Shown in pieces: positions 20,914 through 30,714 of a stretch of 64,000 nucleotides of DNA (positions are counted from its first letter, which is position 1; each line of letters begins with the position of its first letter). Position numbers and translations under genes: made by a program. The notes under the pieces were generated by a model, which saw only the letters and a program-made list of their open reading frames with translations, ran no database searches and had not been told where the DNA came from. Origin of the DNA: Diplonema japonicum. Lineage: Eukaryota > Protista > Euglenozoa: Diplonemea. Where the stretch lies: contig OZ025663.1 in the NCBI GenBank assembly GCA_964019335.1, positions 124,001 through 188,000 on the forward strand, written 5' to 3'.

Positions 20914-21816
20914 ATGAATAAGCTGGCGGTGTTCGCTGGGCAAGGGGCGCAGTTCCCCGGGATGGCAGCGGGGTATTTGGGCAGGAAAGGGTTCATGAAG
21001 GCGGTGGGGAGGTGTTCCGAAGCGTACAAGAGATATGAACCGGAGTTTGATATTGAGAAGAGGATGGCTGAGTGTGACAATGTGGAGGACACCAGGGTGG
21101 GACAGCCTTTACTCGCCGCCGTGCAAATCGCCCTGGCAGCAGATGCAGCAGATGGGTTCAAGTACTACGTGGGGCACAGTTTGGGGGAGATTGCCGCTGC
21201 GGTGGCTGCAGGAGCTATGAGCATTGAAGAAGCAATGGGGTTGGTGTACTACCGTGCCGATGTGCTCCAGCATGCTTTGGGGGACATGTCTGTTGTGATG
21301 ACAGATGCTTCCACTGCGCTACAGGTCCTCCAGTCAGCGGGCATACATGGTACTGTGTCAATTGCTGCCGTTAATGATGATAGGATGACCACCTTGTGCG
21401 GGGCAGACCTTTCTTCTGTGAAGGATATTTTCCGTTCACATAAGATTGCTTCCAAGCCTGTCCCCGTGCGGTACGCCTTCCATTCCTCCCTCATCACTCC
21501 CGAGCATGTCAAGACCCTGGAAGACAATCTCCGCAACAAGGTGTTCACCAGCATTGAAACCCCGACAGGCTCCTACTTCCCTACTGGTCTCCTCACCGAG
21601 CGGCAGTTGACATCTTCCACCATCCTTTCCACCTACGACGAGCTTCTCTGTTCTTTCAACCCCCGCTGCCCTGTCTACTGGTCCCAGCAAATCCGCAACC
21701 CCGTCGGCTTCGGCCCTGCAATCCGCTATCTTAAAGAGTTCGACCCCGGCATCGATTCCTTCGAAGAGCTCGGCCCAAAGGAGGTCCTCACTAGATTCGT
21801 TAGGCCTCTGTTCTGA
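20914..21816 (+). CDS. fabD: Malonyl-CoA:ACP transacylase / stand-alone PKS-type acyltransferase
   Basis: FAGQGAQ, QP, GHSLGE (catalytic Ser), conserved Arg, AAVN, YAFHS and YWSQQIRNPVGF. Confidence 0.9.
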   Translation: MNKLAVFAGQGAQFPGMAAGYLGRKGFMKAVGRCSEAYKRYEPEFDIEKRMAECDNVEDTRVGQPLLAAVQIALAADAADGFKYYVGHSLGEIAAAVAAGAMSIEEAMGLVYYRADVLQHALGDMSVVMTDASTALQVLQSAGIHGTVSIAAVNDDRMTTLCGADLSSVKDIFRSHKIASKPVPVRYAFHSSLITPEHVKTLEDNLRNKVFTSIETPTGSYFPTGLLTERQLTSSTILSTYDELLCSFNPRCPVYWSQQIRNPVGFGPAIRYLKEFDPGIDSFEELGPKEVLTRFVRPLF

Positions 21817-21988
21817 GAATGGGAAGCCGAAGGACAAACAACAAAAAAGAAGAAAAAAAATGGGGAGTGGAGAAAAAAAAAAAGAAGAGTTTTTGCTCTT
21901 GTCGAAACGAAGGACGGGGGGAGGGCGAAAACAAAACCGAAAAAGTACCTAAATACCCTTCAACTGTTCAACTCATCTACAGGGTCAC

Positions 21989-23176
21989 ATGCGATGTGTG
22001 TCCTTCACAACTCTGTGGCCCCGCAAGGGTAGCAGGTGGTACTCGTGGCGGCGTCGGGTGGCCTACCTGGATTCCATTGTGCCGTCGTGCTTGCCGGTTT
22101 CCCCATCGAAGGGGAAGGAGGTGACCGTTGCCAGGTTCGTGTACGTGGTGCCGAAGGATGACGAGGGGAGTGCGGAGGAGTGTTGGAAAATGGTGAAGAG
22201 AAAGAAGTACACGGCAGTGAGCAAACAAAAGTGGATAGGTGGTGTCAGCTGTGGGCGTGCTAAGGCTGCAGGGCCCATGGTGGCTGTGTGCTCGGCACTA
22301 ACGAAGGAGGTCGTCACAGCAGACGGGATCGACGTAGCTGCGTTTCTGAGCAACAACCGCATCAAGCATGGTGTGGGCGTCCTGTGGCCTTCGGAGATGG
22401 CCAAACTGAGCAGCCGTGATAGCACCGCCAGAAAGACGGTTCAAGTCCGTGCTGTGAAATCGCTCCTCACCCTCCTCTCCAAAGAGGATCAGGACAACGT
22501 GGGCCTTGTCATCGAGGGACCTGCGCAGGTGGTCAAGTCAAAACCCAATGACCTCTTCTGCGGGCTGCCGTGCACCATGACAGCAAAGGGCCACCCTGAC
22601 CCTGCTGATGTTGTCAGCATGGCGAAGGCTCTTCGAAAGCACATCCGCAAGGGGATCATGGACTCCCTTGCCTTTAGGTACCCGCAGTACCGGTTCGGTG
22701 ATAACCAGGGCACCCTCACCCTCGAGCACCAGGCAGCTATTGCCATCTATGGCCTCATCGACGGCGTGCACAACCCGCATCACGAGGACTTTGACCCCAA
22801 GAAGATGGTTACACGAGCTCCCAAGGCACACCACCACCGTCGGCGGGGCCGTGAAAATAGCGCAAGTCGCATGCTTGACATACCCGACGATTGGGTTCAG
22901 CCTGAGGTACCGTATATCCCCAATAAGGACAGCCGTGTGAAGCAAAGGGTCACGGAGGAGCCCCTCAGGGAACTACAGCAGGATGAGGTACACCACAGGC
23001 CCCCGTTGCTGCAGCGTTTGGATGCGATCATAGAGGAGGCCCTGCCAGAGGAGGAACCGCAGCATGTGTTGCACCAGAAGGGCAGCGGGAGCGTCAACGC
23101 GCTTAGCATGCAGATTATAAATGCAACGACGGCAGTGCTAAACAGACGGGGCAAGAAAAAAAGGAGGAAAAAGTAA
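21989..23176 (+). CDS. RNase HII-like protein B (catalytically degenerate, bacterial-type C-terminal motif)
   Basis: WIGGVSCGRAKAAGPMVAVC corresponds to GVDEAGRGPLAGPVVAAA. LVIEG and RYPQYRFGDNQGTLTLEHQAAIAIYG..H correspond to YPxYGFxxHKGYxTxxHxxAL. Arg-rich N-terminus. Confidence 0.65.
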   Translation: MRCVSFTTLWPRKGSRWYSWRRRVAYLDSIVPSCLPVSPSKGKEVTVARFVYVVPKDDEGSAEECWKMVKRKKYTAVSKQKWIGGVSCGRAKAAGPMVAVCSALTKEVVTADGIDVAAFLSNNRIKHGVGVLWPSEMAKLSSRDSTARKTVQVRAVKSLLTLLSKEDQDNVGLVIEGPAQVVKSKPNDLFCGLPCTMTAKGHPDPADVVSMAKALRKHIRKGIMDSLAFRYPQYRFGDNQGTLTLEHQAAIAIYGLIDGVHNPHHEDFDPKKMVTRAPKAHHHRRRGRENSASRMLDIPDDWVQPEVPYIPNKDSRVKQRVTEEPLRELQQDEVHHRPPLLQRLDAIIEEALPEEEPQHVLHQKGSGSVNALSMQIINATTAVLNRRGKKKRRKK

Positions 23177-23253
23177 ACTATACGATAACCCCCCCCCCCC
23201 CCTTCAAGAATAAAAAGAAAAACAACAAACCTTTCCAGTCAGGACACAACACA

Positions 23254-24750
23254 ATGGTGAGGTTTGATCCGTCGTTGCTGAGGTATTTGGATGAGGAGGA
23301 TTTTAGGGTGTTGGCGGCAGTGGAGCTTGCATCGAGGAACCACGAGCTGGCACCTGCAATGCTGGTTGAGAAGATCGCCGGGTTGAAGGCTGGCGGTGCA
23401 AGGAAGCGGTTGAGGTGGCTGCTGAAGCACAACTTCCTGATGCACGAGTGCAAGTTCTACGACGGCTACCGCATGAACTACATGGCGTACGACTATCTTG
23501 CGATGAGGACCTTCGTGAAGAGAAAATCCATGGACGCCGTGGGCAACAAGGTGGGGGTGGGCAAGGAGTCCGACATCTACTGCGTGCGAAACGAAGACGG
23601 ACGGGAACTGATTTTGAAAATCCAACGTCTTGGCCGAACCTCGTTCAGAACGGTCAAGAACAACCGTGACTACAAAAACGGGAGGGCACTGCGCGGTGAA
23701 TCCTGGTTTTACATATCAAGGCTTGCGGCAATGAAGGAATTCTCATTCATGAAGGCTCTCCATGCCGAAGGCTTCCCTGTCCCCGAACCCATCGATCAAA
23801 ACAGGCATTGCATCGTGATGTCCAAGGTGGATGGGTACCCATTGAGGAGTGTAGCCGAACTGAGGCACCCGCAGAAGGTGTTCAAGAATGCTATTGACTT
23901 GATTATTAAATTTGCGAAGTACGGGTTGATCCACGGTGATTTCAACGAGTTCAACTTGATGATCACAGATGAGGAGGAGCTAGTCGTAATCGACTTCCCA
24001 CAGATGACGTCGACAAACCACCCAAACGCGACGATGCTGTTCAACAGGGATGTGAAATGTGTGCATGATTTCTTCAGAAGGAAGTTCAAAATAGACTTCG
24101 AGTACATCCCCGAGCTGCATGTCGACACAGAAAGACAGGAATCCCTTGACAAACAGGTCATGGCAACTGGTTACAACAAGAAAGACGAAGCTGTTCTAGA
24201 CGTGCTTCTCGAGACAAATGCTGTTCAAAACGAAGCCGAGCCGGATGTGTCCGACAGTGAATCTGATTCCGACAGCGATGACTCCACCGTCGACGGGAAG
24301 GGAGAAAAGGAAATTTCCACGGAAGATGCTCCTTGCCTATCTGCTGAAACCCTTGCCGAGCTGTCCATCGCCGAAAAACCCAAGGAAAACGACGATGGTA
24401 GACATGAAGACGACGAAGATTCCGAATCCTCGTACGACTCCGAAAAAGAGCGCCAACGAAAGAAGGAACTCCGCGCGAAGAAAAAAGAGATGGCGGCTAC
24501 CGCTTCCGTTGCCAGTACCAGGCGTATCAAAAAGAAGTCAAATGCCAATGTGTCTGTCAGTGAATCGGGTGAGTCTATTGTAAATGTCGAGCATGTAAAG
24601 GCGCGTGTCAAGGGCATCCTCCGGAGAGAAGATTACAGCCAGGTTGTGAAGTCTTGCAAGAAGAACTCGCAAAAGCCCGGCGACAAGAGGAGAACCAAGA
24701 GCGACATCAACACCGCGAAAAGAGATCTTCGTGCTGAGAACTATTACTGA
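23254..24750 (+). CDS. RIO2: RIO2 atypical kinase (40S maturation)
   Basis: DFRVLAAVE..RNHE winged helix, GVGKESDIY, RLGRTSFR, IHGDFNEFN and IDFPQM. Confidence 0.97.
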   Translation: MVRFDPSLLRYLDEEDFRVLAAVELASRNHELAPAMLVEKIAGLKAGGARKRLRWLLKHNFLMHECKFYDGYRMNYMAYDYLAMRTFVKRKSMDAVGNKVGVGKESDIYCVRNEDGRELILKIQRLGRTSFRTVKNNRDYKNGRALRGESWFYISRLAAMKEFSFMKALHAEGFPVPEPIDQNRHCIVMSKVDGYPLRSVAELRHPQKVFKNAIDLIIKFAKYGLIHGDFNEFNLMITDEEELVVIDFPQMTSTNHPNATMLFNRDVKCVHDFFRRKFKIDFEYIPELHVDTERQESLDKQVMATGYNKKDEAVLDVLLETNAVQNEAEPDVSDSESDSDSDDSTVDGKGEKEISTEDAPCLSAETLAELSIAEKPKENDDGRHEDDEDSESSYDSEKERQRKKELRAKKKEMAATASVASTRRIKKKSNANVSVSESGESIVNVEHVKARVKGILRREDYSQVVKSCKKNSQKPGDKRRTKSDINTAKRDLRAENYY

Positions 24751-25050
24751 AAACAGGGGAAGGGGGGGAGAAGAAAAAAAGTATTCTAGCCTTGCAAAAA
24801 AAAAAAATCATTTTCATCCGCCCGTCCCCCCCACCTTTTTTTTTTTCGATCACAAAATTTTCCCAAACATCTCCCTGCACAAACTTTGTTATTTATTTAT
24901 TCATCATATTTGGTTCCCCCCCCCCCCCCCCCCTTCACCTTTTCATTTTTTTTTGTTCTTTCACCTTACCCAATTATTATTTCCAGTTTAAAAAAAAAAA
25001 GAAACTTCTTACCACTTTCCCGACAGACGGGGGAAAAAAAAAGAAAAAAA

Positions 25051-26804
25051 ATGGAGCACTGTTCTCTCGGTATAGCCTGCCCGCCATTCTGGGCTGTTTC
25101 GATGCATCCCAGGCTGGTCTGTAAAAAATGTTTGGTGCAGGATTACAACACCGCGGTAAGAAGTGTGGAGGAGGAGGAATCGTGGAAGGCTGGAAAGTGG
25201 ATAGAGGCCTCCGAAGCCGTCAAACAACGAGAAGACGAATGCAGGCGGCTGGGAAGACGGGAGAGGATACGAAAAAAACTCGAAGAGGTAAGACTGAACC
25301 TAGAGGCCAAGGAAGAGGAAGTGAGACGGCTGCAAGAGGCGATCAAACAAGAACGCGACAAGAAGGTCAGACTCGACCAAGAGATGAAGAAAATAACCCC
25401 GTGCGAAACCCCAAAAACAGAACCCTTCCAGGAATCACCAAACGCAGAAAAACTCGCAGACGAACGAAGAAAACGCATCCAAGAGGTTCTATCCGTGTTC
25501 CCTCTTAAACCCTGCGATCACCAAAACCACAAGGGCATCACTATATGCGGTGGCCTTTGCGTACCAGTCAGCGTAACGGTCGACACGCTACCAGCATTTT
25601 CAGAATGCAATATATCAGCAGCGCTCGGAATGCTTGTTTTTATAGTTCGCTTGATATCTGAAATTCTCGATGTCCCGCTTCCATTCGCTATGACGGAAGC
25701 AGGGTCGTTTTCAACCATATCATTACGATCGCCAGGAACGAGTATAAAGCCGTCTTGGTGGTCAAGTATTGTTGAGGTTGTGACGCATTTAACGGTGGCG
25801 CCGTCGAACTCCGCTTACGATTTCGAACCAGAAGTGTGCAACATTACAACATTTCCGTTGTGGGTCGCCGATCACGGCAATGTGAAGCACAAGCAGGGTT
25901 TTGTCCAAGGGTTGAGCGCGTTGAATTTTAACATAATCACGATTCTGCACGCTTTCAAGGTTAAGGTCAAACCCCACCGTCCTCCAACAGAGCTGCTCCG
26001 CGGCGGTCCCACAGCATTCACACTCGCAGACTGTCTCTCAAAACTTTTATACGACACCGCAACTTGTAACGTAGTCCCCTTAGGTTACCCAGTCTGGAGA
26101 TGTTTCACAGGAAACAAAGCCGCGACAACAATTCCATCCGGGCATTACCAAGGCACTCTTGAACTCGAGTCTGGTAATATACATGTCAGGGCGTACTTGC
26201 AGTTTACCGATGAAGGGACTGTGAATGGAAAATTTCATATAGGTTCTGCTGAGGCGTTTCGTCATGGGACGCTGCAGTCTCAAGTTCTGTCCGGTGCGCA
26301 CACTGGTGCTTCATTTGGGTTTGGTAGCAACAATTCAGGTGGGCAAACAGGGATTACACTGTTGGGGAAAGGTGTTGGTGTTGGTTCCGCGCCCGAGCTT
26401 GTTGGGAAATGGCAGCTCCCGCAGACTTCGCAAAAACAAGAAGACTTCCGGCTTAGAATGCTGCCTAGGACTTATGTTGAGCTGGCTCCTCAATATGTTT
26501 TGGACGGTGAGAAGGTTGTCATGTATGTTTTAGTTTTGAGAAAAAGAAAATTTAAAAACAGCTCGCCCATGCAATCGACTCAGCCTTTTCCTTCACCACC
26601 TGAATCACCTAACCTCTCAAAGAGCAAGGTATTGAGAAGAAACGGAAGGGGGGGGGTAAAAAATTTTTATTTACAGGTACTCAATCAAGGGGCTTTATCG
26701 ACGCCCTGCACGTCTTACTTTGGGAAGGCCAACACCGGTAAAGGCAGTGGAATGCCTCGGGTGGCCTCTGATGGTTCTGAGGGATGGGAAATTGTGGACG
26801 TTTG

Positions 26805-26805
<1 letters not shown>
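25051..26805 (+). CDS. ATG14/UVRAG(Vps38)-like class III PI3K subunit; probable in-frame introns 26523-26561 and 26629-26676
   Basis: N-terminal Cys cluster (CKKC), coiled coil, VFPL, ISAALG..LISEILDVPLPF..GSFSTI and FPLW..F..GL.ALN.NI, with a terminal WEIV. Confidence 0.75.
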
Positions 26806-26838
<33 letters not shown>

Positions 26839-27395
26839 AAAAAAGAAAGTAAAAACGAAAGGGTGTTGCTCCCCCCTCTTCCCCGTCCTTTTGGCATGTA
26901 CAATATATATTTTTTTTTTCTGTGGACCAATCTTGCCCTGCATCCAATTCTGCTTATTCTCCCCTTTTTCTTTTCTTTCGTTTTTTTTTTTTTTTCCCCT
27001 TTTTTTTTTTTTTTACCCAATTTACATACTATTGTTGCTTTTTTTTTCTTCTTCTTTTTTCTTTTATTTATTATTTGCTTCCTCTGTCCTTTTTTTTTTT
27101 TTCCTTTATACTTTTACCCCTTCCTGCCCCCTCAACTGTCGTGACCCGTCTTGACCTTTTTTTCTTCTTTTTTTTTGTTCTCCTGTTTCTTAAATTTTCT
27201 TACGAGCTGGAATTTTTTTTTTTTTGAACATGCGGCAGTGCAGCATCATTAGGCAGGAAGTCAGAGTGGCAAGTAGCTTCCTTCAACTGCAGACGAATTG
27301 GATGTAAGTGCGGGAGGGGCAACCAAAAAAAAAAAAAAAAAAAAAAGATTCTTTTTTCGGGGGGGGAAAACAAAAAAGAAAAAAAAAGAAAAAAA

Positions 27396-28883
27396 ATGCG
27401 ACCCGTTGTGAACGAAGACGAAGAGGTCGAGACACAAAGGTCCACGAGCGAGAGCCAGAATCTGCTCCGAAATCTACAAAAAGAAGGAGGGCTTGTGAAG
27501 AAGCGGATGTTGATGACAGTCCTCCTGTCGATGGGGCTGGGCAACGTCTATGCAATGAGGGTCAATCTAAGCAGCGCTGTCGAGCCCATGCAGAAGCACT
27601 ACGGGTGGAGCAACATCACACAAGGCTACGTCTTGTCCGCATTCTTCTGGGGCTACGTTCTGTTTCAAATCCCGGGCGCAATCTTGGCTGAAAAATACGG
27701 CGGGCAAATAGTATTCGGGATAGGCGTTTTGGGAACAGCAATATTAACCCTCATCCTCCCTCTATGCGCGGGACATCTATGGCTGCTCCTGGCCGTACGT
27801 GCAGTAATGGGCCTCTTCGAATCTGTAACATTTCCAGCAATGAATGTTTTGTTCACAAAATGGGTTCCTTGCACAGAGAGGTCATTTCACGTGTCAGTGG
27901 CGAACGCAGGAGCATACATGGGCACGGCAGTAGCATTCCCCGTATCAGGCGTTCTGATAGACATGCACAAGGACGACGACAACGTCAGCACAACATGGCC
28001 GTGGGTGTTCTATGTGTTCGGTGCCATAGGAGTGGCATGGTTTATACTATGGATGTGGCTTGCCGCTTCGACCCCGGGGCAGATGAAGGGTATCACAGAT
28101 GGCGAGCTGGAGTACATCACACAGACAACGGGCCGCGATGCTGACGTGACAGTTGGTACAGAGAATGTCAAAAGATCCCCTTCACCTCCTTGGAGGGGTT
28201 TCCTCACCCACCCCGCTGCATGGGCGATTTATATCAACCATTTCAGCTCGAACTACTGCGTTTATACGCTGATGACGTATCTACCAAAGTACATGGACGA
28301 GGATTTGGGGTTTTCCCTGCAGGATGCGGGGGGCATCGCGGTGATCCCGTACCTTTGTCAGTTCGGTGCGGCGATCGCTAGCGGGACAATCGCCGACAAG
28401 TTGATCAAGGTTACCACTGTCCGCAACACACGGCTGATCATAGAACTCAGCGCATTTACAATGGCATCTGTCATGCTTGTTACAATGGGCTGGATGACCG
28501 ATACCACCTTAGCTGTGGTGTTTGTCTCTGCAGCCATCGGTTCTAGTGGATTTGTTGGGGGTGGTTTTATTTCTAATTATGTTGACGTGTCGCCGCACCA
28601 AGCAGGCTACCTGTACAGTGTCGGCAACGTCATCGCGAACATTGCCGGGATTATCGCGCCTATTATTGCGGGGTACATCTTGGGGGATGAGGTGTACCCG
28701 CCGACTGTAACGCTCACGTCGCCGTTGACACCTGCGGAATACGGGGAGTCAAGTTCTGCTTCTGGTACTATTGCTGCTTCCCACTGGAGAAATGTTTTTT
28801 ATTTGTCGGCTGCGATTTATGTCTTCGCTGGTGTGATGTGGGTTTTCTTTATGAAAGGAAAGCCTGTTCCTGAATTGAATTGA
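27396..28883 (+). CDS. MFS anion:cation symporter (SLC17/sialin-like)
   Basis: YAMRVNLS, SAFFWGY..QIPG..LAEKYGG, W.P..ERS, WPWVFY and LPKYM, with about 12 hydrophobic segments. Confidence 0.92.
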   Translation: MRPVVNEDEEVETQRSTSESQNLLRNLQKEGGLVKKRMLMTVLLSMGLGNVYAMRVNLSSAVEPMQKHYGWSNITQGYVLSAFFWGYVLFQIPGAILAEKYGGQIVFGIGVLGTAILTLILPLCAGHLWLLLAVRAVMGLFESVTFPAMNVLFTKWVPCTERSFHVSVANAGAYMGTAVAFPVSGVLIDMHKDDDNVSTTWPWVFYVFGAIGVAWFILWMWLAASTPGQMKGITDGELEYITQTTGRDADVTVGTENVKRSPSPPWRGFLTHPAAWAIYINHFSSNYCVYTLMTYLPKYMDEDLGFSLQDAGGIAVIPYLCQFGAAIASGTIADKLIKVTTVRNTRLIIELSAFTMASVMLVTMGWMTDTTLAVVFVSAAIGSSGFVGGGFISNYVDVSPHQAGYLYSVGNVIANIAGIIAPIIAGYILGDEVYPPTVTLTSPLTPAEYGESSSASGTIAASHWRNVFYLSAAIYVFAGVMWVFFMKGKPVPELN

Positions 28884-29736
28884 GAGGGGGGGCTGAGTAC
28901 TGAACTGAATGAAAGAACGGGGGAAAAAAAAAAAAAAAAGAAGAAGAAAAAAAAAAGTGGCGAGCATTTCCCCTGGTTACTGGGGGATTTTGTCTATTTT
29001 TTATTTAATCGTCCTTTTTTTTGGTTTAAGGTGGAGGGGAGGAGTGCGGGCAGTTAAAAAAAAAAATGTTGGAAAAAAAAAAAAAAAAAAGGAGAGAGAT
29101 AATGTCCTCCTCCCCCCGCTTTTTTTTTTTTTTTGTTTGTTTGTTGTTTTCCCCTTCTGTTAATACTTTGCGTGATAGTGTCGAATATCTATTTATTTTT
29201 TTACTGGTTGTTGATTATTACAATGTCACAAGCCACTGTCAGCAAGTTTCTAATTTTTTTTTTCTTTCGTGATTTTTTGGGAGGGGAAAGTGGACAGACA
29301 TTTCAATGACTTTTCCGTTGTCGAATTCATGCCTAGGTAGCCTTTAAACCATAATTGGCTTGGCATCGCATTTATTTCTACCCCCCCCTTCACTTCACCT
29401 TTTTTTTCATTTTGCAAGAACGAGTCTTTGACTGGTCTAGACCATTGGCAACATGTTTTACAGGATTTAAAGTTTAGCCGCAAAAACATTTCGCCCTTCT
29501 TTCACAATGGTTAGAAAAGAAAATGAAGGGGCAAAAGCCCAAGGGGGTTGCACTAAGAACGGGTTCCTATTATGATGCAAAAACCCCCCCCTCATATAGT
29601 TTTTCCTCCCCTCTATTTTTGTCTTTTCCGCTCATAACGTTTTTTCTTTTTATTCTTCTTTTTTTTTTGCAGTTTTGTTCTTCCCCTCACAGTGAGGCTG
29701 CTTCCTCTACTCCGAGCTTCTTATCCTTCTTTCTTC

Positions 29737-29776
29737 AGGCGTCCTGCCACATACCGCAGGTACCCTTAAATGTCTC
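29737..29776. repeat. Dispersed 40-bp stem-loop repeat, copy 2 (intergenic)
   Basis: Identical to 8514-8553. Confidence 0.9.
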
Positions 29777-29923
29777 TTTTTTTTTTTTTCTTTTTTCTCA
29801 TTTTATTTTTCTTGGCGAGGGTTTCATGGCACTATGATATGAAGTTTTGCCGGTACTTCTTCTTTTTTTTTCCCCTCCCATTTCGTTCGTTCTTACTGTT
29901 TTTTTTCCAGCGGGAAGGGAGGG

Positions 29924-29956
<33 letters not shown>

Positions 29957-30361
29957 ATGGAAGGCTTAATACCAGACCCGTACTCCTGGCAAGGGTCGCA
30001 GGGGTCAGTAGTGGGACCAAGCACCCCTGCGGCGCCTGTAGCTGCTCCACTGAGATGTAATATGGAAGAGGGGCCCAGACTAGTGGGATTCTCAATAACT
30101 TCGGGGCAAGGCCGACATGAGCCAAGCTGCAGCCCCCAAAAGCTTCCTGCAGTAAGACAGCCCCTGCAGAGTGTTACTAATGTGAAGACATCCCGGATCA
30201 CTGTCAAGGACTATGTCTATGCTAATCGAAGGGCGACACGAAAACCATCTCTGGAAAAACAAAGATCCATCTACACATACCCTACCGCCACACCCTCCAT
30301 ACCCCCCAACCCCCTCGAGCAATCAATACCCAAGATGAACCTAATGTCTCAGCTAGAATAA
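29957..30361 (+). CDS. Hypothetical small Pro/Ser-rich protein
   Basis: 134-aa ORF forming a complex-sequence island between homopolymer tracts, with the ATG following an A-run as in neighbouring genes. Confidence 0.5.
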   Translation: MEGLIPDPYSWQGSQGSVVGPSTPAAPVAAPLRCNMEEGPRLVGFSITSGQGRHEPSCSPQKLPAVRQPLQSVTNVKTSRITVKDYVYANRRATRKPSLEKQRSIYTYPTATPSIPPNPLEQSIPKMNLMSQLE

Positions 30362-30714
30362 TGGTGGGAAAATTAGATTCCCACCCCCCCTCTCCACCTA
30401 GACTTTCTTTACCTTAGTTGTTGAATTTACAAACCTTCGCGGGAAAAAAAAAATACACAGGAGGGAGGGGAGGAGGGGGGGGGGAACGAAAAAAAGAGAG
30501 AAAACAAAATAAACAACCGTGTCCCCCCTAATAAGGGATAGACGGAGAGAGAGAGAGAGAGAGGGCACTCCGATTTCTTTTTTCATTAACACAAAAAAAA
30601 AAAAAAGAGAGAAGAAGAAAAGACATACCTTTCTAATTTTTTTATTACTTTTTTTTTAACACCATCTCTCTCTCTCTCTCTCTCCTTTCTCCCCTTTAAA
30701 AGAAACACGGTGTG

